DNA of 63,507 bases, filler included, from Reticulomyxa filosa (Eukaryota > Protista > Foraminifera), in assembly GCA_000512085.1 (NCBI GenBank). It is 18 parts of 18 records of this genome, joined end to end, with 100 filler letters (N's around TTAATTAATTAA, not from the genome) between each part and the next. Parts side by side here need not be neighbours in the genome. Positions count along the whole stretch, not along the records: positions 24,432 to 26,855 come from ASPP01016201.1; positions 26,956 to 27,974 come from ASPP01033458.1; positions 28,075 to 44,406 come from ASPP01014167.1; 15 more parts are not named here. One strand, given 5' to 3'. Shown in pieces: positions 26,084 through 37,920 of the stretch (within the stretch, counting starts at the first letter, position 1; each line of letters begins with the position of its first letter). The notes below the pieces were generated by a model. It searched no databases. It was given only the letters and a program-made list of their open reading frames with translations, and had not been told where the DNA came from. A program made the translations under genes and the position numbers.

Positions 26084-26542
26084 TCATTTCATGTGGTTCA
26101 GGGTGGGACAGCAAAAAATGTTCTATATTTGACTACAAATTATGAGTAGAAGTTGACAACAGTTCTTTATTATTATGCTATTTTATTGCGTATTATTGCA
26201 AATCAATATAGCGACTATGCAATCCATTTTATTTGCTCTCTGACTTACCAAAGGAATCATTTCATCTAACCACTCTTCATTATCACGTCTTGAAAAAACA
26301 ATATTTTAATTTTACTGTAACTTTTTTGTTGACAGTAACAAATTTTTGAAACAGACTTTAAAAATAATTTGCAATGAAAATTATAAAGTACGCAAATTGT
26401 TTAAGTAGCGTGTAAAAAGGGGAGCCAAAATTGTTTTATTTTGATAAAGGAACGTTCAAAATTCGGCATTCAAAAGGAGCTTGCCTTGAAGCGGGGAAAA
26501 AAAGTGTAACATTGGTGAACATTTTAGTTCATTAAAGGATAC

Positions 26543-26700
26543 ATGTCAGCTGTGAATGACGATGACTTGCTTCAAGACGGGTTGCGTAGACTGCACGTTC
26601 TGAAGACACTGAAAGACCTAGGGAAACTAACAGAAGAAGACTACGAAACAAGGAAGTCTGCGATAGTGGATGAAATGACAGCAAGTGGTTCAACAGTTCG
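26543..26700 (+). CDS. 5' exon of a protein with an N-terminal SHOCT-like motif
   Basis: LRRLHVLKTLKDLGKLTEEDYETRKSAI matches the SHOCT pattern LxxLkxLxdxGxITEEEYexxKxxL. The gene is divergent from the one starting at 26083. Confidence 0.55.
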
Positions 26701-27029
26701 AGATTCGAGGTGTAACTTTTATTTGCTTCAGCGCGCTTTCTTTTCTCTTCGGAGTGTATTGCAATGCATATCAATGGCATTTGATATATCAAGCGTTCAA
26801 AAAACCTGGGTTTAAATATGGTCAACAAACGACACCAAAAAAAAAAAAAAAAAAANNNNNNNNNNNNNNNNNNNNNNNNNNNNNNNNNNNNNNNNNNNNT
26901 TAATTAATTAANNNNNNNNNNNNNNNNNNNNNNNNNNNNNNNNNNNNNNNNNNNNACATAATTTGATTATGTGATGTTGTCAAGGAAGGAAATAAAAAAA
27001 ATTTGAAGAACATACTAATTATGGTAACA

Positions 27030-27500
27030 TGTGCATGCTTTTCATCAAATGAAAGTATTATGTTTCAGGATCAAAGCATTGCAAAATACGACTTTGGAAT
27101 GTGAAATCTGGTAAAAAAAATAACAGTTTATGCATCTGCAATGTAATTAACATGCAATTTTCATCAAATGATCAATTTCTTACATTCTTTTCTCATGATT
27201 TTATGACTTAAATATGGAATTTGCAAATTGGAGGAAAAATTATTGTGTGCTCTAATGATCAAACAATTAGAATCTAGAATGCAACATTACATACAAAAAT
27301 CAAATTGTAGAAAAATATGCAAAGATGAGGAATGGTCGAATTGTGTATTGATATTTGACAATATTCTGAAAATGGTTACCATTTTTATGAAAATTCGAGC
27401 AAATACTCATGTGATTTTGATGAGTGAAACTGGATGTGGGAAAACATTTTTGATCAAATTTTTGGGAGCTATGAAATTTTTCCTTTTGGCTCTTCAATGT
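27030..27500 (+). pseudogene. Degenerate WD40 repeats followed by an RNF213/mysterin-like AAA+ Walker A fragment
   Basis: Broken WD40 pieces (IRLWNVKSG, QFSSNDQFL), then LIFDNILKMVTIFMKIRANTHVILMSETGCGKTFLIKFL, which resembles RNF213 LTxDNxLKxxAIxxRxRCGIPVIIMGETGCGKTRLIKFL. Confidence 0.65.
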
Positions 27501-28148
27501 GCAAGAATCGAACAATTGGAAAAGATAATAAAAATTTTATCTCGCTTTGAGGCCGAAAATGTTTATGTACATTGCTTTCGTTGCTCCCAAGATGGATGAT
27601 GCCTCCTGAGAAAAATCTTGACAAAAATATTGATTTGTATTGAGATCGACATTTCCAAAAAAATTAGCAAAATTCCAACAATGTATTCAGTTTGAAATTA
27701 TCCTTATATTGTTCGAGACAGTCCAATACATTGACAAAAGGATTCAATATTCTCACTTGTTAAATAAAGAGGACCTTCATTGCTATCGGGCAAAGGTTGA
27801 GTTAAAAATTCGAATATATTATTCAATGTTGAAAAGTTGCCATGATTACAATAAATGATACAAAGCCAGTCAACAAAATAACAATCACGAATCATTTTCT
27901 CTCGTAACTGTGGAATGGCTTCACACAATTGATATAATTTTGTTGAATCAATTCTGATGAACTGTCGTGTGCTTNNNNNNNNNNNNNNNNNNNNNNNNNN
28001 NNNNNNNNNNNNNNNNNNTTAATTAATTAANNNNNNNNNNNNNNNNNNNNNNNNNNNNNNNNNNNNNNNNNNNNATGGTCATAAAAAAAAAAAAAAAAAA
28101 AAAAAATACTTTTGAGGGAAAAATAAAGTGTGATTGTTAATTGAATAG

Positions 28149-28637
28149 GTCGGAATTATTTTGTGCTATGAAGTTTTTTTTTTCTTAACACATTGGATTG
28201 CTCATTTCCCTTCTTTGTATGGCCACATTCATAAAATTCACCATGAATGGAAGGCGCCTATTGGAATGGCCGCTATTTATTGTCACTGGTTAGAACATAT
28301 TGTGTGTAATTTGTTTCCATTGATTATGGGTCCTCTTATTTTGGGCTGCCATGCAGTGACATTATGGGCATGGATCATCTTCGGTTTATTTTCCACAGTT
28401 TCTCATCACAGTGGCTATCACTTTCCTTGGATGTTGTCTTCTGAATATCACGATTATCATCACTTGGTATTCAACCAGAACTTTGGTGTGCTTGGCATAA
28501 TGGATCATTTGTTTGGCACAACATCAAAGTTTCAGGAATCGTATCAATATCAATTGCATAAAACTTTCTTAACTCCTGATTATTTTGAGATAAAAAATCA
28601 ATTGATTGCAACACGTGGAAAAACCAAAAATGAATAG
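28149..28637 (+). CDS. Sterol desaturase / fatty acid hydroxylase family (FAXDC2-like), last exon
   Basis: His boxes HWIAH, HKIHH and HDYHH, plus HSGYHFPW and NFGVLGIMDHLFGT. Confidence 0.9.
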   Translation, partial: VGIILCYEVFFFLTHWIAHFPSLYGHIHKIHHEWKAPIGMAAIYCHWLEHIVCNLFPLIMGPLILGCHAVTLWAWIIFGLFSTVSHHSGYHFPWMLSSEYHDYHHLVFNQNFGVLGIMDHLFGTTSKFQESYQYQLHKTFLTPDYFEIKNQLIATRGKTKNE

Positions 28638-31145
28638 TGCGTATTTTGCTTTATTATGTTTGTATGTCTTGTTTTTCTTTAAGCATGTTTTAATTAAAGT
28701 GGCCCGATACAAGCTAAAAATGTCCTGGCAACTCCGGTAAAAAAAACAGTTCTGATATGATAATTGCAAATGTTATCTATATTCAAATATTTTTCAATAA
28801 GGTCAAATTATAAAATCTTTCTTACTTTATTTATTACAATGAAGGACTATCATTCTAGTTATCGTCATTAGTGTTAGTGACATTTAAATTTTGTTTTGCA
28901 TTGAAAAAAAAAGAACATACAATCAAAATAATACAATTATCATTGAAAATAATGTTGATTATGATTATTGTATTACAAGTCCCTACTATAAATACTTGAA
29001 CGTAAATGGAACTGAGGAATCACCAGTAGGCTAAACTTTCTTCACAACTTACTTCTTTCTCCTTTGTCTCTTTCCTTTCTTATCAATTTACGTTTTACTT
29101 ATTTAATTTAATTTCGTTTCACGGAATTTACACTTTCTTTAAGTAGCAAACCTCTCGTATTACAGTTAGTGTGGACTGTTAAAAGCAGAAGTCCCACATT
29201 ATCAAGGAGTGCATGCAGTGATTTGTAGAATCAACAATAATTTGCTATTTATCACTTACAATAGAATACAAAGTAAAATGAAACATAGAACGTCACATTA
29301 TAGAGATGATTGATTTTCTACATGAAAAAACAACATTCATACATAATTTTTTAAAAATGTATCAAATAGTATACTTTTTAAATATCATTTTGGTTTTTTA
29401 TTAGTCTTTCATAATTATTTTAATATTTTGTCCTTTTTTTTTTTTTTTAGCTCAGTATAGTTCAATATTTGAGTTTTTATTTTTTTTAAAAATAGCCAAA
29501 TGAAATGATAATTTTAACAAATGACGTGCTATTTAGCTGTTGATTCAGTGTTGGAGCTTGCTCAAAGTTGTAAAAAAAGTTAGTGTTATCATGAGTGCGT
29601 AAATGGAAGATTACGTTCATCATAAAAACATCAAAAATTAGTAGTTGAAGCATAATCTTGTGGTCTTGCTTTGTAGTGTTATGATCTGTTTATGCATGTA
29701 ACATTAATTAATGTGTAAATGCAGATATTTACAATGAAGTTCTAGTTGATGAAATGCTAATAAAGCATTAATTGTAGTTTAGAATATAATGAAGATTGTA
29801 TATTTCAGCAAAATAATGCCACTAGCCACACAGCAATTACAGTAAAAAATAGTTTGAGCAAAATGTTATCAGCGTATTTGATTTCAATCTAAATTCAACA
29901 AATTTGAACTCAATCGAAAAAATGTGGTGGATATTAAAAACAAAAATATACAAAATGGACTATTTATGTCAAAAGAAGAACTTTTAGAAACAATTTGAAT
30001 TAGAATATGAAAAAATTGACAAATGGACATGCACAAAATTAATAAAATCAATGCTGGCGAATACAAACATTATACAAGGCAAAAGGTGATTTAACAAAAT
30101 GGTAATTTTCAATAAAAAAATTTTACCACAAAAAAAATCAGTTCTAATGCTTTTGAATAACTTAACTTGTTTGGCATTGTATAAAAAAGTCAAAAAAATC
30201 AATGATGAGTGTAGACAAAGTAAATAGTAGTCAAAAACAATCATGCCTTTACAATGCACAAACTTTGAAAATAACATTAAATTCTACAAAAATTGAGTTT
30301 TCTAAAAAATTACAACGTAGAAACTAATCTTTTTTTTTATAAATATCTACGTATTGAGAATTTTCTGAAAATGCTTAAAAAAAAGTTGGCAAGTTCATAG
30401 CTACGACATATACTCTATTGTCAACTTTTTATCGAAAATTTTCAAAAATCAATAAAATATTCAAATTTTTTAAACAATTAGTAAAGATTTAACAAAAAAC
30501 CCGAATAATATTTAAAAAGTACACTATTTGTATATATTTTTTTAAAAATAATTCTGAATGTTGTTTTTTCGTGGATGATTTGAAAAAAATTTTGAAGTGA
30601 TTGACAAATAATAAATAATGAATAGTCAAAAAATGAAATAAAATTAATTATTTAATATTTGATAAAATTATTATGAAATATACTAGATAAATAAATTTTG
30701 AAGACATAGTTAAAATATATGTTAATCATGCTATATATTTTTTATTTCATATTCAATAAATATGCTGTTAAAGTTTTTTATAACTGATTTTTTCTCGAAT
30801 ATGTTAATATTTATGACTTTTTGTAAAGTTACTAAAAAAAATTAACATCTAATTGTATTCTTCTTATCACTTGTGATAACGTATGTTCTTTTTTGTAAGT
30901 TTTTCATTTTTTAAAAATCTGTATAATTTGTTTCGGTCTAAAAACTTTGAGTTGTTAGTCTCATTTTCATTAGAAGTGACAGTGCTTTTTTTTCCCATCA
31001 ATTTTTCACCTCTATCAGAAATTAATATAGAACTAAGCTGCTTCTGTCGATTTGTTATATTCATCATACAACACTAATACGGTCAGTTCTCTTTTTTTGA
31101 GTTCACATTTTATAAAAAATTAGAAAAGACATTGTTATAGTTCCG

Positions 31146-33104
31146 ATGGTAATGTATATACTCTTTTTTTTTTCTTTTTCTTTTTTTCGCAAATGTTATT
31201 GTTGTGTCGATAGAGCACCCAGGAGCAAGGGCAAAGCAACGAGTCGAAGACCGAAAAACAAGAAAGTAAGTACACGGATTGTTACAAGCAGGGAAAGGCG
31301 TCTCTCAAGGATGTTGATCCCGAGATCTTTGAATTGATCAAAGAGGAAGAGAAACGACAAAGATGTGGTTTGGAATTGATTGCTTCGGAAGTTACTTTTT
31401 TTTCTGTTTAAAAGGAATAAAAGATGAATTTTTGTGTGTATGCTGGGAATGAATTAAAAAAAAAAAGATTTTACATCACGCGCAGTGATGGACGCGGTAG
31501 GTTCCTGCTTGACAAACAAGTATTCAGAAGGTTTGCCTAAGCAAAGGTATTACGGAGGAAATCAGGTGATTGACAAATTGGAAGTGTTGTGTCAAGAGCG
31601 AGCATTGAAAGTGTTTAACTTGGACCCAAAGGAATGGGCTGTGAACGTACAACCCTACAGCGGCAGCACTGCCAACTTTGCGGCAATGAACGGTTTGTTA
31701 AACGTGGGAGACCGATTTATGGGATTGCATCTTCCTGACGGTGGCCACCTATCTCATGGTTTCTATCGCCCGGAAAAGGCCGTCAACATTAGTGCCAAAT
31801 ATTTCACGTCCTTACCGTACTACGTTACGTTTTATTATTTTTTTGCACGAACGCATTTTCGGAAAATTTTTTCCCTTTTTTTTTTTTGTAATAAATTAAA
31901 AAATTTCAGATTGATCCCAGTACTGGCTACATTGACTATGATGACTTGGAAAAGCAAGCGTTGCGATTTTGCCCCAAGCTGATAATTGGTGGTTCTTCGG
32001 CGTACCCTCGAGACTGGGATTACAAGCGATTGCGCGAAATTGCAGACAAAACCAAGGCCATATTGCTGATCGACATGGCCCATTTCAGTGGCCTGGTGGC
32101 AGCCAAAATCATCAATAACCCATTCGAGTTTGCTGATGTTGTCACCACGACCACCCATGTTACAATTTTTTAAAAAAAATAAATAAACGAAATAAATTTT
32201 GTAAATCTTTTTATTGATCGTTTTTTTTAAAAAAAAAATTCCATTTCCTTAGAAATCATTGCGTGCAACTCGCGCCGCGTTGATATTTTGCCGCACCAAA
32301 TATGCCAAAGACATAAACTACTCGGTGTTCCCGGGCACGCAAGGAGGACCCCACAATCATGCCATTGCCGGTATCGCGGTTGCCTTACGCGAAGCTTTGG
32401 CCCCTGAATTTACAGAGTATGCGAAACAAATTGTTCTCAACTGTCGAACCTTAGCAAACGAATTGAAAACCATGGGCCATAAGATTGCCACTGGCGGCAC
32501 GGATACCCACTTGCTCTTGTGGGATTTGCGTCCTCATGTTATGTGTTTGATGGGACCCAAGAAAAACATTTTAAAAAGTAAAAAAAACTGCGAACAATAT
32601 TATAGTGCCGAATGAAACCATCATTTTGCACAAAATAATGCTCACCTCTAACTTTTTTTATGATGTTTGTATGTATTTTTATATGTGTAGGGGTTGACTG
32701 GTGCCAAAGTTGAATACGTTTGTGATTTGACTGCAATTACTATTAACAAGAACACGGTACATGGCGATAAATCGGCTTTGAACCCCGGTGGTGTGCGTGT
32801 AGGCACTCCTGCTTTGACTTCCCGTGGTTTCAAAGAAGAAGTTTTGAGACTACCTTTTTATATTATTACATTGTCATGTATGTATTGTGTGGTGAAATGA
32901 TACTTTTTCCAGGATTTCAAGGTTGTTGCAAAATTGTTGGACGAGGTTTGCCAACTCTCTATTGCCATCCAACAAGAAGCTGGATCAACGAAACATTCAG
33001 ACTTTACTGCAATCGCAGATAAAAGCGAGAAGGTGAAGGATCTGAAACGTAGAGTGGAAGAGTTTGCAGAAAAATTCCCAATTCCTGGACGAATCTTGGA
33101 GTGA
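31146..33104 (+). CDS. SHMT: Serine hydroxymethyltransferase, 7 exons
   Basis: [56 protein letters not shown]|KSLR (PLP lysine, split by an intron), [11 protein letters not shown] and [13 protein letters not shown]. Confidence 0.97.
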
Positions 33105-33511
33105 ATGACTTAACGTCAAAAGGAAGCAAAGCAAATGATTAGGCTAATTCCATCTGCTTCCTGCATGTGTGTCGATTTTTACCCTATTTCTTGGGACGAT
33201 TTTGTGTTAATTTCCAAAAGTTAGTGCTTGTGGAGTGAAAAGTTTGTTGTAAGCAGTGTATTCTTTGGTCGAATTTTTTGTCTGCACTAACAATAATTAT
33301 TGCACGACTTTGCAGCGTGCTTGTTGTTCTAATTAATTAGCTCGTTCAAAAACACATGGTTCCTATGAGAAATAAAAGTAAACCTTTCATTGTATACTTT
33401 TGCTATTGTACTGTTTCTCGTAGATTATCAAGCACTTAGCCAACAAATAAATATGTTTTGTTACATTCACTACGTTCAAGGGTTGCGTTTTTTTCTAAAA
33501 TTCGAGGGAAA

Positions 33512-35377
33512 ATGGAAACTGATAAGGATTCTGACGACATGGAAGACGCTAAAATTCCTGAAGATAACGAATCAACACTTAATGTTCAAAATAAAATTGA
33601 AATTGATAACTTTGAAGGTAATAGACAAAAAAGAAAAAAGAAAAAAAAAGCACAACAGCCTGTTGTCGAACCAAACTATGAGCTCGAAGTAAAGCCTGAA
33701 ATTTCGGAAGAAAGAAGAAAAGAACTTTCTTTTGCAGAATTTCGCTCGTGTGGGCAGTATCTCAAAATGCCAAGGGAACTACAAGAACTATTTCTGCTTG
33801 ATAAAGGATTTAAAGCAACATTTACTGTTTATGATGATAAAGGAAAGCCACTGACAGTTAATTTCTACTTGTAAGAGGAGAGAGAAAGAATAAAAACGAA
33901 AGTGATGCAAAAACAATTACATTATGTCTGTTGTCGTCGTTAAACTTGGTACGTGTCCAACGGATTTTAATGACAAGCGTAGGCGTCAGCATTGAAGAGG
34001 GAAGTGAAATCATGGGCACGCTCAAAAAATCGAATCAAACAAATTATAGAACGAAAACAAATAAAGCAAGAAGAGAAACCGGAAAAAGAACAACCTGAGA
34101 AGAAAGAGAAAAAGAAAATGTTAGCAGCAATAGCCAGTCTGAATGAAAGAAGCAACACAACTGCATCAACGACGACGTCAGAACGAAAGAGATCGCGAGC
34201 AGCGATGGACAGTATAAATGTAGAGGACGACTCTTTGCCAATTGCGAAACGACAAAGACGGGCCGACTATCCCAACTTGCGTACTGCCAACGACGAAATT
34301 AAGCACATTTCAACGATGCCAAATGACGACGACAATGACAACGACAGGGGCAGCGGCAGTGAGGACTCGTCTAATAGTAACAAGCTAGTCCGATTGCATG
34401 GATTCGATCTGCGCGAATTAGTTCGCAAAAAACTTGAAGATTTTGGATCGACTGTACCACGAGTTGTTTTGGATTGTAGATATGACAAAGAGATGGACGA
34501 AGAAGTTTAATTTTTTTTTTTTTTAATGAAAGAAATTTCAAAAAAATTTCTTTTTTTTTTATACGCATGCACATTTTGGTGTGTAATGAATAATTTGATT
34601 GTAAATTAAATAGCATACCCGAAAAATACACGGGCAAATAACTCAATTGTATGGGACAAATATGCACGCACCAATACCTCTTCGACTAATCATGACGTCA
34701 TTCTCGGACAGGTTAAAAGAATGGACGGAGAAAATCAAAGGTTCGGAAACGTGGCTGATAGATAGATACGAACAAAATTTGGATGAATTATTTGGCCCGC
34801 ACTCCGAAGAACACAGCAAGGTCATCTATTTGTCGGCGGACAGTGAAGTTGAAATGACAACCATGGAAGCTGATAAAATCTATGTCATTGGCGCTTTAAT
34901 AGACCACAACAAATTCAAAGGCATCTCCAAACAAGTAGCCAAAGATATGCAATGGAATACTGCCAAACTACCTATTCTCAATTACATGCACCGCAGACAG
35001 GGTACCGGAAATAGTATTGTCCTTACTGTTAACCAAGGTCTTAATATATATGTATATCATATTGTGTGATATGATATATTAATACACATGTATATTTTTA
35101 TGTCAGAAGAAAATTGATCGTATGAACGTTGAAAGCAAGTTTAAAAACAATACTATATTTAGTGGCTACTATTTTAATGGCATATTGGAATTGGAAAGAC
35201 TGGAGGAAAGCCTTGTACTTTGGAGTTCCAAAACGAAAAAACTTTGAGCTAATAGAACCACTCACTCCGGAAGAAATGGAACAACTAAAATTTGATGCCC
35301 ATTTAGTATTACGTCCGCGAAAAAAAAGGAACAAAAGGACAAAAGTGGAACTTCAAACAATGAGGAAATCCAAATGA
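33512..35377 (+). CDS. TRM10: tRNA (guanine-N1 at position 9)-methyltransferase Trm10/TRMT10A, multi-exon
   Basis: VVLDCRYDKEM, QITQLYGTN, IYLSADS, IYVIGALIDHNKFKG, TAKLPI, VLTVNQV and WRKALYFGVPKRK. Confidence 0.92.
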
Positions 35378-35932
35378 AACAAGACATACAAGACAATCAA
35401 GAACAATAGTGCTTTTTTCTCCCTTCTCTATTTCAAAAATCTCTAAACTGATCAAGTTTATTTTGCCGATCACTCGTGTTTATGCAATTGGCTGAACTGG
35501 TCACCGTTGTTTGTTCGAATTGTTTTAATCCATTACCTGCTCCAGTAAAAAAAAATTTGATGTGAAATTTTGCGCTGTTTTTAATTGAATTTAATTAACA
35601 CAAGAAAATAATATAATAACCTAAACTGAAACGTTGACTTAAGACATGTTTAATTACAATTTTTTTAAATTTGGATCCTGAGATCAAAATAAAAACTAAA
35701 AATATTCCAAAGACCTTTTTTTTTTAGCTATTTTATGAATTATGAAGGCATTAAACAAGAAAAAATTGAGCTTATTGTAAACCACGTGAAGGTGTCAATT
35801 TAAAAGCAAATTAAATTTCAAACACCTCACAAATATTCTTTCGTTTTGTATCAATAAACATGGCCGTCCTTTCACAAAGTGCAAAAAATAGGGAAAGAGA
35901 ACGCAAAGAAAACAAGAACAAAATAAAGCAAA

Positions 35933-36858
35933 TTACCTCCACAGCGAAGCCCAGATATCTTCATTCATGTCTCCAAGAGAACTCATGATATGGTCAGCAA
36001 TTACAAATTTTGGGCTGTGGTCAGGAAAAGTTTCAGGCACTGCAATGCACTTCATGCAAGCAGATTTTGCGCTGAGTGTTCCAGCTAAACTGTCTTCCAA
36101 TACCAGAATGTGAGAAGGACGAGAAACACCTAGTTTTTTCATACACTCCAAATACACCATTGGGTGGGGTTTTCCATATCTATTGTAATTCATTGTGGCA
36201 TAGAGTTCAATCAATCTCTTAACATAGGCTTTCTTTTTTGTCAGATACACGAAAACCATCCTCATTTAACTCCATGTGTTCAGCACTACACAATATTTGA
36301 AATCGATCTTTTACTATGGGTTTTAGCTTTTCAATGACAGTATTGATTAATCGTAAACTACTGCTCGATCCGATCGCATACTTTACATTTTTGGAATCTT
36401 TTTTTTTAATTATCTCTTTTGTCCCTCCTCTTTTTCCTCTTTTCCTCTCTTATCAACAAACTTACCAAAAAATTCTAAAATTTCTTTCAACCTTTTTTGG
36501 CTTGCCCCTTTTTTTTAACCAGATTAATGACAGTGCCCACAATCATATCTGTCAATTGTTCCTGGGTCAAACCTACACGGTCTTCGTCCCAAGGCTTTTC
36601 ATGATATCTCATTTTTACAATGTCATCTATTCTTATGCCAACTGTGCGTCTACATTCCTCTTCTGTCAATTTTATTCCCACTTTTGCAAAGCATTCAATC
36701 TCAGCCTCGAACCATAATGGCTCGCTGTCAATCATCAACCCGTCCATATCAAATATCACTGCTTCGTACGAGCGTTGTTGCTCTTTTCTTTCTTCCTTGC
36801 TTGTTTGTGATTCCTTTTCGATTGATTTTGGTGATAAGTCTGCGTCGACTGTAGACAT
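35933..36858 (-). CDS. HAD-superfamily phosphatase (HxpB/YniC, 2-deoxyglucose-6-phosphate phosphatase-like), multi-exon
   Basis: Motif I IFDMDGLMIDSEPLW, motif II AIGSSS, motif III GKPHP and motif IV LEDS. Confidence 0.9.
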
Positions 36859-37096
36859 GTTGGATATTGCTGATGATCGAAGTAAAAAGTTCAAAAAGGG
36901 GGAGAGCCTTAAACTTGAGTTTACTGAGTTTTTGGTTTGAAAAAGAAAAATCAAATTTTTGAATTAAATAAGTGGATAAAGTTAACCGCACAAAAAAAAA
37001 TACAATCAAATATTGCAAAAAAAAAAAGAAGTTTTTTTGGAAGTGGTTGAAGAAATTTGGAGGGAAGAGTAAAAAAAATATATGTACATCAAAATT

Positions 37097-37888
37097 TTAC
37101 GTTTGTTGCGCTTGTGTAACCTCAGGGAGAGGTTGAGTTAATTCAAGAATAGGCGTTTCATGGTCTTGATCAGAAGGTGCAAAGGAATCGGAATAACTTT
37201 CTTCGTCGCTTTCTACTTCCTCTTCATCGGAAGAAGCGTGCATAGGGCTCTGTTGATCAGGCTGTTTTTCATGACCACTTTCTTCACCAGAATCAGATAT
37301 CGTTTGGCCAGCTGGCAATGCCTCAATTTCCGTAACGACATCCTCAAAGTGAATCTTGTGTTTGGAAGACGAAGAAGAAGAAGAAGAAGGAACGTTACGA
37401 CCTGGTGAGTTCTGTGACCCGTATTGTGGTACATGACAAGCAAAATGGAAAAAGACAAACAAATACACTTTAAGAACAAGTTTGGAGTTGATGAAAAAAA
37501 ACACCTGATTGTTATCCAAAGGCATGATGTGCACAGCAAAGGGACTTGACTTGCGAGGAAAGGACAATTGGGCTTGACTTGGGGATCGACGAGACGAGCA
37601 GGGACGAGAAGGAACAGTAGGAGCTTTCTCGTCGTTATCGCTCTCCCTTTCCGTGGCAGGCTGAGAACAGAGTTGAAAATAAGAGGCACTATGATAAATA
37701 CTGCGTGCACTGGCATTCGTGTTGGGCCGGCTTCTAGTGGGACTGGCCATTTTCTTATTATTCACATTGTCAAGGGACAGAGTTGGAATTGAAATACTTA
37801 CATTGGGTTCCACATTTTCAACCGTGTCCCCCGTTGCTTTAATTATCGACACAATATGATTGTCCGACATTGGAGACATTGTTACAGC

Positions 37889-37920
<32 letters not shown>

